NCBI GenBank assembly: GCA_963714015.1
Contig: OY970223.1
Location: 1,920,001-1,984,000, forward strand
Reading direction: 5' to 3'
From: Vulcanimicrobiota bacterium
GTDB lineage: Bacteria; Vulcanimicrobiota; Vulcanimicrobiia; Vulcanimicrobiales; Vulcanimicrobiaceae
Length of the DNA stretch: 64,000 bases
Below, piece after piece: positions 1-10,536 of the stretch. Both the position numbers and the translations under genes were made by a program. The notes under the pieces are model-generated. The model ran no database searches. It was given only the letters and a program-made list of their open reading frames with translations, and was not told where the DNA came from. The first letter of the stretch is position 1, and the number at the start of each line of letters is the position of its first letter.

Positions 1-300
1 CCAGAAGATGACGTAGACTTTCGGGTTGGGCTGAATGGGACCGCCGCCGTACTGCAAATTGTTTGCCGGCGGTTGAACGCTCCGGAATCTCGCAGCTTCT
101 TGGCGCGTCGGGAAGTAGTGAACGAGGTGTCCGTTATCCGCCATTCGTGTAAAGCTCGACGCGCCGCCGGCTCCCACCGGTGAAACGTGCGTCGATGCCG
201 GAGCGTTTTGCGAACCGGGAACCGCCCCGGTTTGACTGCCGCAAGCAGCCAAAATTGCCGATGCGGCTGCAAAGGCGGCTACAGTTGAAAGATTTCGCAC
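1..300 (-). CDS. Partial lipoprotein running off the window edge, possibly a Phi-1/EXORDIUM-like secreted domain
   Basis: Read manually (absent from the ORF track). GTG at 300 follows GGAGG. Translates MRNLSTVAAFAAASAILAAC (lipobox) ... LQYGGGPIQPNPKVYVIFW, open to position 1. Confidence 0.7.
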   Translation of the reverse strand, partial: MRNLSTVAAFAAASAILAACGSQTGAVPGSQNAPASTHVSPVGAGGASSFTRMADNGHLVHYFPTRQEAARFRSVQPPANNLQYGGGPIQPNPKVYVIFW

Positions 301-413
301 AAATAAAACCCTCCCGAGGTTTTTGGTGCAGCGGTGATATGAGGCCGACGTTTGTCGGGCGCCCATGGTTTCCTAGTGGCACTTAACCGATAGCTGACAT
401 TTGCCTGAAGAAC

Positions 414-992
414 CTAAAGCAGGTTCACCTGCCCTGTTTTCAAGTCGTAGACGCCGCCCGCGACCTGGACGCGACCCGCTTCGACTGCATCGCGAATTAC
501 GGGCGCCGAGTCCTCGAGCAGCCCAACCGTGCGCCGCACGTTCTCCACTACCGCCGCGTGCCACAGATCGTCGGCTCTTCCGGCCGCACGTACCGCCGGC
601 ACGACTGCGTCGGCCAGTGCCTGCATACGTCCCGGAAGCGGGACGCCGGTTTGGATAAAATCGATTGCGGCCTTGACTGCACCGCAAGACGTGTGTCCGA
701 GTACCATGATGAGCGGCGACTCGAGCACGGCGGTGGCGTATTCGATAGAGCCCAGGGCGGCTTCGCTCAGGAAGTTGCCCGCGAGGCGGACCACGAAAAT
801 TTCTCCCGGGTCGTGGTCGAAAATGGCCTCCACGGGGACTCGCGAGTCCGCGCACCCAAGGACCGTCGCGAAAGGCCGCTGCAGGGCGGCTAAGCGCGAG
901 ATGGTCTCGATCGTCGGCCTGCTCGCCGGCGTTCCGGCCACGAACCGGGCGTTACCGTCCATTAGGTTCTGAAGTGCATTTCGTCCGGGCAT
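414..992 (-). CDS. Beta-class carbonic anhydrase
   Basis: Zinc motifs CADSRV and HTSCG, plus GEIFVVRLAGN. ATG 992 is preferred over TTG 1061, which would overlap the rplJ promoter. Confidence 0.92.
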   Translation of the reverse strand: MPGRNALQNLMDGNARFVAGTPASRPTIETISRLAALQRPFATVLGCADSRVPVEAIFDHDPGEIFVVRLAGNFLSEAALGSIEYATAVLESPLIMVLGHTSCGAVKAAIDFIQTGVPLPGRMQALADAVVPAVRAAGRADDLWHAAVVENVRRTVGLLEDSAPVIRDAVEAGRVQVAGGVYDLKTGQVNLL

Positions 993-1016
993 CGGCGCGG
1001 AGCGTTCGGCGGCCCC

Positions 1017-1046
1017 TTGCAGCGGTCCCGGGCCCTCTGCTATGAT
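1017..1046 (+). promoter_or_regulatory. Sigma70-type promoter for rplJL
   Basis: TTGCAG-N18-TATGAT with an extended -10 TG, just upstream of the L10 leader. Confidence 0.6.
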
Positions 1047-1057
1047 GTGCGACGGCT

Positions 1058-1195
1058 CCAAAGACCGTAGCTCGTCCCCTCGGGGACCTTAATGCCGGAA
1101 ACGGCGGCTACCGAGGACGTGATACGAGGTGCATTGCGCGGCGCGCAATGTGGTTCCGATGCGTTCCTTCGGCAGGCTGGAGGAGCGCTTTTTAT
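1058..1195 (+). ncRNA. L10 leader (ribosomal protein autoregulatory RNA) with attenuator terminator
   Basis: AAGACCGTAG...TTAA...CTACCGAGG core upstream of rplJ. Hairpin GCGTTCCTTC/GGAGGAGCGC plus TTTTT at 1161-1193. Confidence 0.85.
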
Positions 1196-1260
1196 TAGCC
1201 CCGTCTGGAGGTGACTCGAACATCAGGCACTCCGCCGATGCCGGGGGCCGAAGGCCGGGC

Positions 1261-1320
1261 GCCCCACGCGCTTTGCGTGTGGGGGGCGTGACGCGCGAAG
1301 CGCGGATACGCCTGTTAAAC
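1261..1320 (+). repeat. Dispersed two-hairpin element, copy 1 (rplJ leader)
   Basis: CCCCACGCGC-TTT-GCGTGTGGGG then GGCGT-GAC-GCGCGAAGCGC-GGAT-ACGCC-TGTTAAAC. Matches copies at 30636, 31815, 46388 and 46655(-). Confidence 0.7.
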
Positions 1321-1331
1321 GGAGCACACTC

Positions 1332-1865
1332 ATGCCAACCGCCAAAAAAGAGACCGCGATTGGAGAACTGAAAGACCGGCTTGCCAAGTCGGGCAATCTG
1401 TTTTTCACAAATTATGCGGGCTTGACCGTTCAGGAGATCACGCGCTTGCGCGGCGAGCTCCGCAAAGACGGCAGCACGTACGCGGTCGCGAAAAACACGC
1501 TGTTTTCGATTGCCGCGGGCGAAGATCTCGCGCGGCAGCTCGAACAGTTTTTGCATGGTCCTACGGCCATCGTGTTCGCCGGAGACGATCCGGTCGCGCC
1601 GGCCAAGGCGATCAAGAAATTCTCCGACGACGTCAAACCGATCGAAGTCAAGGCCGCATTCATCGAAGGCCGTGTCGTCGATGCAGCGCAAGTCAAGGCG
1701 CTCGCTGCGCTTCCTTCTCGCGAAGAACTCCTCGCAAGGATGGTTGGTTCGATCGCCGGCCCGCTGCGCGGTCTCGTTACCGTGCTTTCGGGAAATCAAA
1801 GCGGACTGGTCCGCGTCCTCAATTCCATCCGCGAGCAAAGAGAAGCCGCGGGTTCGAACGCTTAA
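1332..1865 (+). CDS. rplJ: 50S ribosomal protein L10
   Basis: YAGLTVQEITRLR, AKNTL and LPSREELLA motifs. Confidence 0.98.
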   Translation: MPTAKKETAIGELKDRLAKSGNLFFTNYAGLTVQEITRLRGELRKDGSTYAVAKNTLFSIAAGEDLARQLEQFLHGPTAIVFAGDDPVAPAKAIKKFSDDVKPIEVKAAFIEGRVVDAAQVKALAALPSREELLARMVGSIAGPLRGLVTVLSGNQSGLVRVLNSIREQREAAGSNA

Positions 1866-1883
1866 AGGAGACCCTTACGTATC

Positions 1884-2258
1884 ATGGCATTAGCCGAAAT
1901 CATCGAATCGATCGATAAACTCACCGTGCTCGAGCTCGCGGATCTCGTCAAACAGCTCGAAGAGAAATACGGCGTCAGCGCCGCCGCTCCGGCGATGATG
2001 ATGGCCGCCCCAGGCGCCGGCGCCGCAGCCGCACCGGCCGCCGAGAAGACCGAGTTCGACGTTATCCTGCAGAGCGCGGGCGCCGAGAAGATTAAGGTCA
2101 TCAAGGCCGTGCGCGAGATCACGAGCCTGGGCCTTACCGAGGCCAAGACGTTCGTTGAGAGCGCGCCCAAGCCGGTCAAGGAAGGCGTCAGCAAAGACGA
2201 GGCCGAGAGCGTTAAGAAGAAGCTCGAAGACGCAGGCGCGAGCGTCGAAGTCAAGTAG
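1884..2258 (+). CDS. rplL: 50S ribosomal protein L7/L12
   Basis: [28 protein letters not shown]. Confidence 0.99.
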   Translation: MALAEIIESIDKLTVLELADLVKQLEEKYGVSAAAPAMMMAAPGAGAAAAPAAEKTEFDVILQSAGAEKIKVIKAVREITSLGLTEAKTFVESAPKPVKEGVSKDEAESVKKKLEDAGASVEVK

Positions 2259-2275
2259 CCGCCGCGATATCAATG

Positions 2276-2310
2276 AAAAGGGGAGTGTGCCTTACGGCAC
2301 GCTCCTTTTT
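2276..2310 (+). terminator. Intrinsic terminator after rplL
   Basis: AAAAG-GGGAGTGTGCC-TTAC-GGCACGCTCCT-TTTT. Confidence 0.85.
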
Positions 2311-2380
2311 GCTTTTGCGGTGCTATACTTCGGCTAGGGTCAGCCACAGTCTCTTAAGACTGTTAATCGGAGGTGCAGAG

Positions 2381-2839
2381 ATGCGCAGATTCTCGATTTC
2401 CCTGGCGGTCCTGCTCTTTGTCGTGTGTGCGGCCGGAACGTATGCCGCGAATAGCCCGACGATCGTCATGCCCTCGCAACTTAAGTGGAGCACGGCAGCG
2501 GTTCCAAAGGGAATGTCGATGGCGGTTGTGAGCGGAAATCCGAACGGTACGGGATGGTACGTGGTTCGCATCAAGATGAGCCCGGGATCGAAGTTTCCCG
2601 TTCACGTGCATAGCGGAGACGAACGCGTCACCGTTTTGCAGGGCACGTTGCTCGCCGGTATCGGTCCGAAGTGGAACACCGCCGCGATGAAACCGCTTCC
2701 CGTCGGAACGTACGTCGTCATGCCTGCGGGAGTTCCGCATTACGTGATGGCTCAGGGCGACGTTATCGTCGACGTTTCCGGTCAAGGACCGATGACCACG
2801 AAGATGCTCGGGAGCGGCGGCGGCAACACGAGCATGTAG
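2381..2839 (+). CDS. Secreted cupin-domain protein
   Basis: GGAGG before ATG 2381, signal peptide, HVH..ERVTVLQG and PAGVPHY cupin motifs. TGnTATACT at 2321-2329. Confidence 0.8.
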   Translation: MRRFSISLAVLLFVVCAAGTYAANSPTIVMPSQLKWSTAAVPKGMSMAVVSGNPNGTGWYVVRIKMSPGSKFPVHVHSGDERVTVLQGTLLAGIGPKWNTAAMKPLPVGTYVVMPAGVPHYVMAQGDVIVDVSGQGPMTTKMLGSGGGNTSM

Positions 2840-2868
2840 ATTCCGTTTGGCGGCCGAAACCCGGGTCC

Positions 2869-3372
2869 ATGAACGGACCCGGCCAGCCGCCGCTCGGAAC
2901 GACGGCGCTCATCTATGTCATCCTCATCGCACTCTTCGTCTGGCGCACGATGCGCCCGATGCGCGTCAGCGCCGCGCGCATTTGGTCGCGCCCCATCCTT
3001 TTGGTTTTAGTTACGGCCGTTTCGATTTGGACCGAGCAGGCAATGTCGCACGGACCGGCGTGGGAAATTGCCGCAATCGTTATCGCGGGCGCGATTCTTG
3101 GAATTCCGCTCGGCATCGTGCGCGGGCGGCACAGCGAGGTCAAAGGAACGGAACGCCCGGGCGTTTTTTACGTGCACTCCTCGCCGGTGGTGGTCGTCGT
3201 CTGGCTGCTTGCGTTTCTCGCGCGCGCGGTGGTGCGTTATGCGCTGCCGCATGCGAGCAGCGGAGTAACGGTGTGGAGCCTCGGGCTGCTGGCATTCGCG
3301 ACCTCCGCTATCGCGGTGTCGGCGTACATGGTTCACCAGAAGCTGATCGTCGTGCAGCGGGGAACGGCTTAA
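2869..3372 (+). CDS. Membrane protein, CcdC/DUF1453-like
   Basis: About five hydrophobic helices. ATG 2869 is in frame with the track ORF. Confidence 0.6.
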   Translation: MNGPGQPPLGTTALIYVILIALFVWRTMRPMRVSAARIWSRPILLVLVTAVSIWTEQAMSHGPAWEIAAIVIAGAILGIPLGIVRGRHSEVKGTERPGVFYVHSSPVVVVVWLLAFLARAVVRYALPHASSGVTVWSLGLLAFATSAIAVSAYMVHQKLIVVQRGTA

Positions 3373-3394
3373 CGCCGATCCCCGCTTTTCAGTA

Positions 3395-5443
3395 TCACCA
3401 GATCTGGCACTGCTGCGACTTGGGCCGAACCATCGGGTCGTTCAACTTGCAGAAGAAGGCCTTCGCAAACTGCGGCATGTCGCTCAGGGTTTGATTTACG
3501 CGGAACTTGTCATAGCCGTGGACGTCCGTTTCGGCGGCCATCCGGATGTACTCGGGTCGATAGTCGCTGGCCCAAACTTGCGCCCATCCCATGAAAAAGC
3601 GCTGCTCCGGAGTAAACCCGTCGATGACGCGGCGCGGATGCTGCGCCTGGTATTTCTCGAACGCCTTGTAGGCGATCGTCAATCCGCCCAAATCGGCGAT
3701 CTCTTCGCCTTCGACTTGCTTGCCGATTTCGTGCACGCCCGGAAGCGGCTGGAGTCGATTCCACTGATCGACGATGCACTGCGTGCGCGCGTTGAAACGC
3801 GCCGCGTCAGCCGGCGTCCACCAATCGGTTAGATTGCCGACCGCGTCAAACTTGCGGCCGGAGTCGTCGAAGCCGTGCGTCGACTCGTGACCGATCACGG
3901 CGCCGATGCCCCCGTAGTTTACCGCCATATCGGCGTCTTTGTTGAAGAACGGCGGCTGAAGAATGCCGGCGGGGAAAACGATCTCGTTAATCGTCGGATT
4001 GTAATACGCATTGACGGTAGGCGGCGTCATCCCCCACTCCGTGCGATCGACCGGATGACCGATCTTCGCATTCTCGAAATCGGTTTGGAATTGCGCCGAC
4101 GCCAGGATGTTCTTTCCATAGAGGCCGCGCGTGATCGCGAGCTTACCGTAATCGCGCCACTTGTTGGGATAGCCGATCTTCAGTTCGAAGGCGTCGAGCT
4201 TCTTGATCGCAAGTGAGCGCGTGCGCGGCGACATCCACGAGAGCGTGCTGAAGTCGTCGCGAAGCTCCGCCTTGATGTTCTGGACCATCGCAAGAGCGGA
4301 CGCTTTGGCGGAAGGCGGAAAGGTCTTCTGCACGTAGATTTGGCCGAGCGCTTCCCCCAGGTTGTTGTCCGTCGCGGCGACGCAGGTCTTCCACCGCGGC
4401 CGCTGCGCTCGAGCGCCTTCCAGAGTCTTGCTGTAAAAGTTCCAGTTTTCGTCGACGAACTGCTGCGGCAGCGCGGTAGCGAAGGCGTGCACGACCTGCC
4501 AGCGCAGATACGTGTGCATGTCCGGCGCAGGCATCGACGAGATCATTTGCGAGACGGCCTTGAAGTACGCCGGCTCTTCAACGTTCAGCGGCACCGTGGC
4601 GGGAACGTGGTACGTGTCGAAATAGGAGGCGAACTGCATGTTCGGCGCGATGTTTTCTGCGTTCGCGAGCGTCATCTTATGGTACACGGCGGCCGGATCT
4701 CGCTGCTGAACGATCGTCAGCTGATTCTTTGCCAGCGCCGTCTCGGTCGCCAAGACCGATGCCGCTTCTTGTGAAGCGGCCGCCGGCGAGTCACCAAGCA
4801 GCTGGAACATCTTCGCGACATGCTGCTGATACTCGGCGAGAGTCTCTTTGCTCTTCGCGTCCGTGCGCGTGTAATAATCGCGATCGGGAAGGCCGAGCCC
4901 GCCTTGAGCGAGGTCGGCGAGATTTTGCGTGCTGTTCTTGTAATCCGGCGATGGGCCGAAGCCGAAGAACGCGTTTACGTTAGCGGCTTGGAGCTGCGCC
5001 AGGGTTTGGCCCAAATTCTGAGGCGTTGCATCGGCAGCCAGCTCGAGGAGGGAAGCAATCGGCTTTGTTCCGGCGGCGTTGATGGCCGCCACGTTCATGC
5101 AGCTCGCGTAGAAGTCGCCGATCTTTTGTTCGTTGGATCCGGCGGGAGCTTTGGCGGCAGCGGCTTGATTGAGAATTCCGTGCAGCACGTCTTGATTCCG
5201 GTCCGCAAGTTTTTGAAAGCTGCCGTACCCGGGATATGCCGCCGGAATGGGATTGTGCTTTATCCAGCCGCCGTCGGCAAATTGATAAAAGTCGGTGCAG
5301 GGCTTGCAGGTACGATCGAGGTTGCCCAGATCGATGCCGCTCTGCAGCCCGACCGCGGCGCGAACGTTCGGATCGACGATCGCGAGTGCCAATAAGCTTG
5401 CAGCAGCGACGACTCGAAGAGCCCCAGAGTATGTAAAGCGCAT
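3395..5443 (-). CDS. Secreted M13 family metallopeptidase (PepO/neprilysin-like)
   Basis: VNAYY, GAVIGHESTHGFDD and GEEIADLGG motifs. Signal peptide. Confidence 0.95.
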   Translation of the reverse strand: MRFTYSGALRVVAAASLLALAIVDPNVRAAVGLQSGIDLGNLDRTCKPCTDFYQFADGGWIKHNPIPAAYPGYGSFQKLADRNQDVLHGILNQAAAAKAPAGSNEQKIGDFYASCMNVAAINAAGTKPIASLLELAADATPQNLGQTLAQLQAANVNAFFGFGPSPDYKNSTQNLADLAQGGLGLPDRDYYTRTDAKSKETLAEYQQHVAKMFQLLGDSPAAASQEAASVLATETALAKNQLTIVQQRDPAAVYHKMTLANAENIAPNMQFASYFDTYHVPATVPLNVEEPAYFKAVSQMISSMPAPDMHTYLRWQVVHAFATALPQQFVDENWNFYSKTLEGARAQRPRWKTCVAATDNNLGEALGQIYVQKTFPPSAKASALAMVQNIKAELRDDFSTLSWMSPRTRSLAIKKLDAFELKIGYPNKWRDYGKLAITRGLYGKNILASAQFQTDFENAKIGHPVDRTEWGMTPPTVNAYYNPTINEIVFPAGILQPPFFNKDADMAVNYGGIGAVIGHESTHGFDDSGRKFDAVGNLTDWWTPADAARFNARTQCIVDQWNRLQPLPGVHEIGKQVEGEEIADLGGLTIAYKAFEKYQAQHPRRVIDGFTPEQRFFMGWAQVWASDYRPEYIRMAAETDVHGYDKFRVNQTLSDMPQFAKAFFCKLNDPMVRPKSQQCQIW

Positions 5444-5491
5444 AGTTCTCCGTAGAAGGGCGGTGAATAGTCCACCTCTTCGACTCGAGAT

Positions 5492-6406
5492 TTAGCAGAA
5501 CTTCCAGCCTGGCGGGCACGTCGGGCGAGGCAGGCCGGCGTTCTGTCCTGCGGGTCTAGTTCGCGCCGGGCGGGGTGCGCCGGATTGGCGCCGCGGCGCG
5601 CCGCATCCGCCTTTGTATTGGCTGTAGAACCCCGAATAGCTCAACGGCGTACCGCACGCTTCATTCGGGTTGAAATTTCCGAACAATCCGGGATCCGATG
5701 CAAACTCGTCCTCCAGCGCGCCGATGCGGTGCTCGTTGCTCGGGTGATCCGAGACGAATTCCGGTTGATTGGAGAGATTGGCGTTTTGAAACGCTTGCAT
5801 GAGCCACACGAGTCCCCACGGGTCGATGCCCGCTTGCGCGCAGGTTATCGCGCCTTTGTGATCGGCGTTCTCTTCCACGTCACGCGAGAAATGGAGCGAC
5901 TCCAGGTTTGCAGCGATGTTGATGATCGAGTTCGCATATCCGCCGACGCTGCGCCCGAACAGCAACTCCAAGCCCGTCGCATACAGGGAGAGCCGTTGAT
6001 TCTTTGCGTACAGGTTGTAGACGTCGTGGTGGATGTCGTGTGAGGTTTCGTGACAGAGCACTCCCGCGAGTTGTTCTTTGTTCTTCACGAATTTCATCAG
6101 CGCCGTCGTCACGTAGACGTTACCGCCCGGAACGGCAAACGCGTTGGGGTCGCTTTCGTTGACCAAGATGAAGTGGAACGGAACGAAGTACTGCGGGTCG
6201 GCAATTCTTGCAATGCGGGCGGCGATGGGATTCAAAATGCCGTAGTACGGCGACGAGGTGACGATCTCGCCTTTTTGCTGCAGTTGCTGGTACTCTTGCT
6301 GCCCAATCTGCATTTCGGTCTGCTCTTCGTCCGTGTATGCACAAGCCGGCGCCGCGCCGGCCAGCGCGAGCACGCTCGCAAGTATCACCGCCCAAAACCG
6401 GTTCAT
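5492..6406 (-). CDS. Secreted M48 family metallopeptidase
   Basis: NAFAVPGG, HETSH, FSRDVEENAD, SDHPSNEHRI. Confidence 0.92.
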   Translation of the reverse strand: MNRFWAVILASVLALAGAAPACAYTDEEQTEMQIGQQEYQQLQQKGEIVTSSPYYGILNPIAARIARIADPQYFVPFHFILVNESDPNAFAVPGGNVYVTTALMKFVKNKEQLAGVLCHETSHDIHHDVYNLYAKNQRLSLYATGLELLFGRSVGGYANSIINIAANLESLHFSRDVEENADHKGAITCAQAGIDPWGLVWLMQAFQNANLSNQPEFVSDHPSNEHRIGALEDEFASDPGLFGNFNPNEACGTPLSYSGFYSQYKGGCGAPRRQSGAPRPARTRPAGQNAGLPRPTCPPGWKFC

Positions 6407-6437
6407 CGTTTCCTTATTCCTCTCCGAGGCTTCAACG

Positions 6438-6475
6438 AAAAGGAAGCGAGGGCCGTCTCTCGACGCGCCCTCGCT
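6438..6475 (-). terminator. Terminator after hppA
   Basis: AGCGAGGGC/GCCCTCGCT stem followed by TCCTTTT on the minus strand. Confidence 0.6.
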
Positions 6476-6503
6476 GCTTTTGGATACCGGAGCTTCGTTG
6501 GGC

Positions 6504-8654
6504 TTAGTGCACCAGGAAAGCGACCAGCAGCAGGGCTACGATGTTCAAGACCTTGATCATCGGGTTGATTGCCGGTCCGGCGGTATCTTTGTACGGATCG
6601 CCCACGGTGTCGCCCGTAACCGCAGCCTTGTGCGCTTCGGACCCTTTACCGCCGTTGTGTCCGTCTTCAATATATTTCTTGGCGTTGTCCCATGCGCCGC
6701 CGCCGCTGGTCATCGCAATTGCCAGGAAGAGGCCGGTAACGATTGCGCCGACCAGAATACCGCCCATGATCTGCGCGGCTTCGATCCCGCGAAAAACGCC
6801 GATCGCGCCCAGGATCACCACGATAACCGGCACGCCTACGGGAATGAGCGCCGGCACGATCATCTCTTTGAGCGCGGCGCGCGTCACGATGTCGACCGTC
6901 GAAGCGTAGTCCGGTCGCGCCGTCCCGGCCATGATGCCGGGATTGTTCTTGAATTGCCAGCGCACGTTCTCCACGACTTTGCCGCCGGCGCGTCCGACGG
7001 CTTCCATCGACAGCGACGAGAAGTAGAACGGCAGCATACCGCCGATCAGCAAACCGGCCAGAACGAACGGGTTGCTGATTACGAACTGCCCTTGCAGGGC
7101 TTGCATTGAGAATGCTTCTCCCGCCGGCAAACAATGCGTCGGCAGGACCGAACAATGGTTGGCGAGTTCTTGCAGAAACGATGCGAACAAGACGATCGCC
7201 GCCAACCCCGCGGAACCGATCGCATAGCCTTTGGTCACGGCTTTAGTGGTGTTGCCGACCGCGTCGAGCGGATCGGTGACGTTGCGAACTTCCTGCGGAA
7301 GCTCCGCCATCTCGGCGATACCGCCGGCGTTATCGGTAATCGGCCCGAACGAATCGATCGCCACGATGATGCCGGCCATCGAGAGCATGGCCATAACGGC
7401 GATACCAACGCCGTACAATCCGCATAGGCTGTACGAGCAAAGGATCCCGACCACGATGACGATTCCCGGCAGTGCGGTCGCCTGCATGGAAATGGCCAGG
7501 CCGCTGATGATGTTCGTTGCGTGGCCCGTAATGGAGGCGTTCGCGATACGCTGCACCGGCGAGAACTGCGTGCCCGTAAAGTATTCGGTAATCCACGTGA
7601 TCAGTCCGGTGATAGCCAAACCGATTGCGGCGCAGCCCCAAATGGCGAGCGCGCTTTCCGTGTGTCCTTCAACGAAGATGCCCGCTCCGAACTCCTTGAC
7701 GGTAACGAAATAGAACACGACCGCCGATATGAGCCCGGCTACCGCCAAGCCGACGTACAGCGAATTCATGATCTTGGCGCGATTGACGTTTCCGATCCCG
7801 ACGAAGAAGGTTCCGATGATCGACGCGACGATCGAAATCGCTCCGAGAATAATCGGGAAGGTCGTTGCGCCTGCTATCTTTCCCAGGACGAGATTGCCGA
7901 GCAGCATCGCGGCGACGGTGGTGACGACGTACGTTTCGAACAAGTCGGCCGCCATGCCGGCGCAATCGCCGACGTTGTCGCCGACGTTGTCCGCAATGAC
8001 CGCCGGGTTGCGTGGATCGTCTTCCGGAATTCCGGCTTCCACTTTTCCGACCAAGTCGGCGCCGACGTCCGCCGCTTTCGTATAAATGCCTCCGCCCAAG
8101 CGCGCGAACACGGAAATGAGCGAACATCCGAACGCCAGCCCGATCATGGCGCCGAGCGACTTCGCTTCGTCGCCCGCGTTGAGCGAGAGCAGAATCCAGT
8201 AGTAGCCCGCGACGGCTAGGATGCCGAGCCCGACCACGAGCAGTCCGGTAATGGCGCCGCCGCGAAAAGCTACGTTGAGCGCAGGGCCCAAACCGCCGCG
8301 AGCGGCTTCGGCGGTGCGCACGTTCGCGCGTACCGAGACCATCATGCCGATGAAGCCGGCGGCGCCCGATAGAATGGAGCCGATCAAGAACCCGACGCCG
8401 GTCTCCCATCCCAAGCCGAAGCCGATGATGATGAAGAGCACCACCGCAACGATCGCGACCGTGGTGTATTGGCGCTTGAGAAAGGCCATCGCGCCTTCCT
8501 GAATGGCTCCGGCGATCTCTTGCATCCGTGCGTTTCCGGGCGAGCGGCGGACGATCCAGCTTATAAGGTACAGACCATAAAGAATGGCGAGGATGCCCGC
8601 GCCCACACCTAAATAGATGGCCACGTAGGTGCCAATCCCACTCTGAGAGCTCAT
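6504..8654 (-). CDS. hppA: Membrane H+-translocating pyrophosphatase (K+-independent type)
   Basis: [26 protein letters not shown] (Lys at the K+-independence site), [10 protein letters not shown]. Confidence 0.96.
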   Translation of the reverse strand: MSSQSGIGTYVAIYLGVGAGILAILYGLYLISWIVRRSPGNARMQEIAGAIQEGAMAFLKRQYTTVAIVAVVLFIIIGFGLGWETGVGFLIGSILSGAAGFIGMMVSVRANVRTAEAARGGLGPALNVAFRGGAITGLLVVGLGILAVAGYYWILLSLNAGDEAKSLGAMIGLAFGCSLISVFARLGGGIYTKAADVGADLVGKVEAGIPEDDPRNPAVIADNVGDNVGDCAGMAADLFETYVVTTVAAMLLGNLVLGKIAGATTFPIILGAISIVASIIGTFFVGIGNVNRAKIMNSLYVGLAVAGLISAVVFYFVTVKEFGAGIFVEGHTESALAIWGCAAIGLAITGLITWITEYFTGTQFSPVQRIANASITGHATNIISGLAISMQATALPGIVIVVGILCSYSLCGLYGVGIAVMAMLSMAGIIVAIDSFGPITDNAGGIAEMAELPQEVRNVTDPLDAVGNTTKAVTKGYAIGSAGLAAIVLFASFLQELANHCSVLPTHCLPAGEAFSMQALQGQFVISNPFVLAGLLIGGMLPFYFSSLSMEAVGRAGGKVVENVRWQFKNNPGIMAGTARPDYASTVDIVTRAALKEMIVPALIPVGVPVIVVILGAIGVFRGIEAAQIMGGILVGAIVTGLFLAIAMTSGGGAWDNAKKYIEDGHNGGKGSEAHKAAVTGDTVGDPYKDTAGPAINPMIKVLNIVALLLVAFLVH

Positions 8655-8741
8655 TCGAATCCTTACGGGTAAGTGCAGTAAATAGCCGCCCGTGCCGTCG
8701 TCGCGACGTCGCAGGGGCGGGTATTGGTCGGTCGGATTGCT

Positions 8742-9293
8742 CTAGACCGCTGCTGCTTCCTGCTCTTTAAAGCGTTGGTACGCTTCCTGGATGATGCGCC
8801 GGGCAGCCGCGGCATCTTGCCAGCCCTCGGTCGAAGTCTCCTTGCCCTCCAGCAACTTGTAGGTCTCGAAAAAGTGCTGGATCTTGCGCACGGTGTGAGG
8901 AAAAATCTGCGTGTAGTCGTGAATGCCCTCAAAGGACGGTTCACCGACCGGTACGGCTAGGACTTTGTCGTCTTCCTTGCCTTCGTCGAACATCTTCAGC
9001 AGCCCAATCGGCCGGGCAGCGACCAAGCAGCCCGAAAAGGTCGGTTCGATCGTCAGAATCAGCACGTCGAGCGGGTCGCCGTCCAGCGCCAGAGTCTGGG
9101 GCGTAAAACCGTAATCGCCGGGATAGTGGATCGGCGAGTGCAGCGCGCGATCGAGCCGGAAGATGTCGAGCGACTTGTCGTACTCGTACTTGTTGCGAGA
9201 GCGCTCCGGGATCTCGACGACGACGTTGATTTCGTCCGGCGCCTTCTCGCCGAGGGGGAGATGCAGATAGTTCTTGGGAGCAGGCAGCGGCAT
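8742..9293 (-). CDS. ppa: Soluble inorganic pyrophosphatase, family I
   Basis: NKYEYDK, YPGDYGF, DGDPLDV, HFFETYK. Real start is MPLPAPKNY at 9293. Confidence 0.95.
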   Translation of the reverse strand: MPLPAPKNYLHLPLGEKAPDEINVVVEIPERSRNKYEYDKSLDIFRLDRALHSPIHYPGDYGFTPQTLALDGDPLDVLILTIEPTFSGCLVAARPIGLLKMFDEGKEDDKVLAVPVGEPSFEGIHDYTQIFPHTVRKIQHFFETYKLLEGKETSTEGWQDAAAARRIIQEAYQRFKEQEAAAV

Positions 9294-9352
9294 ATCGGCC
9301 CCGGCTTTCCGCGCCCGGAGAACGCGTCCCCCCAAGCGAAACCTCCCGCCGC

Positions 9353-10536
9353 ATGGTCGAGGACGTCGAATTCTTGGTAGTAGGTTGCGGCCCGTCGGGT
9401 GGAATTGCGGCGCGCGAAGCAGCCGCCCGCGGCATCGAGACGCTGGTGCTCGAGAAGGACAGCGTCGTCGGCGCGAAGCGCGTTTGCGCCGCCGGTTTGC
9501 GACCGGGCTTCTGCGAAATCTTCGACGTGCCGCGATCGATCGTGCATTGCGACACACCGCGCCTCGCGCTCTTCGACGTCGATTTCCGGGAATACGAAGT
9601 CTTCTTCGGACCCGGACACACGACGACGCGTGAAGAGCTGGACGGCACGATTGCGGATCTCGCGCGATCGGCCGGCGCGCAGGTGCGCACGTCGGCGCTC
9701 TTTCGATCCGTGCAGCGCGACGGAAATCGGATTCTGGTGGACTACGTCGACACGGCGGAATCACAAAGGCGCACGGTGGCCGCGCGCCACGTGTTCTTCG
9801 CACAAGGCTCGACCGCAAAATTGGAAGAGAGCGATTTCGCATACGGGCGCTGGTCCGAAGGACTCATTACGACGTTGCAATACCGCGTCTATTTGGAACG
9901 TCCGGCCGCGGCTATTGCATATCAAACGCTGGAGATGCATTACTTTCCGGCGCATGACGGACGAATGTCCGTTGCATGGATGTTCCCCAAGCGCGATCAT
10001 CTGGCAATCGGTTTGGGCGTCATGGGAAAGATTCCGGGAGTGCAATTGCGCGCAGAGCTGGATCGTTTCACACGCGCGTGCAAGAGCGCCTCTATCCCGG
10101 GATAGCGCACACGATCAAGCTGGAGGGACACCTGCTTTACGGCAGCGATCCGCGTCCGGAGATCGGTGCGAACGGCGCGATGGTCGGCGGTACGGCCGCC
10201 GGACTCGTAGACGCCACCAATGGCGAGGGGATTTACGAAGCCGCGATGAGCGGCCGGTTTGCTGCGGAAGCCGTTGCGAAAAGCCGGCTGGGAACCGGTT
10301 CGGCGCACGCGGCATACGCGCGAGCCGTCAAACGCCGGTTTTACCGCCGGCTGCGCCACCGCTCGCATCTGATGCGGTTTCTCGAAGCCCGGCCGGCGCG
10401 CTTTGCGCTGCTTTTCGAACAGCTCGCGAAGGCTCCGCGCTTTGCCGACATCTTGCAGCGGGAAGACCACGAGCGCTCCATGCGCGATCGCTTGTATCTC
10501 TACGGGCAAGCCTTACGCTTTGCCGTCCGTGCCTAA
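9353..10536 (+). CDS. Geranylgeranyl reductase-family FAD oxidoreductase, frameshifted near 10070-10080
   Basis: GCGPSG Rossmann motif and WMFPK in ORF 9353. GTAAGLVDATNGEGIYEAAMSG follows in the next frame. Confidence 0.85.
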
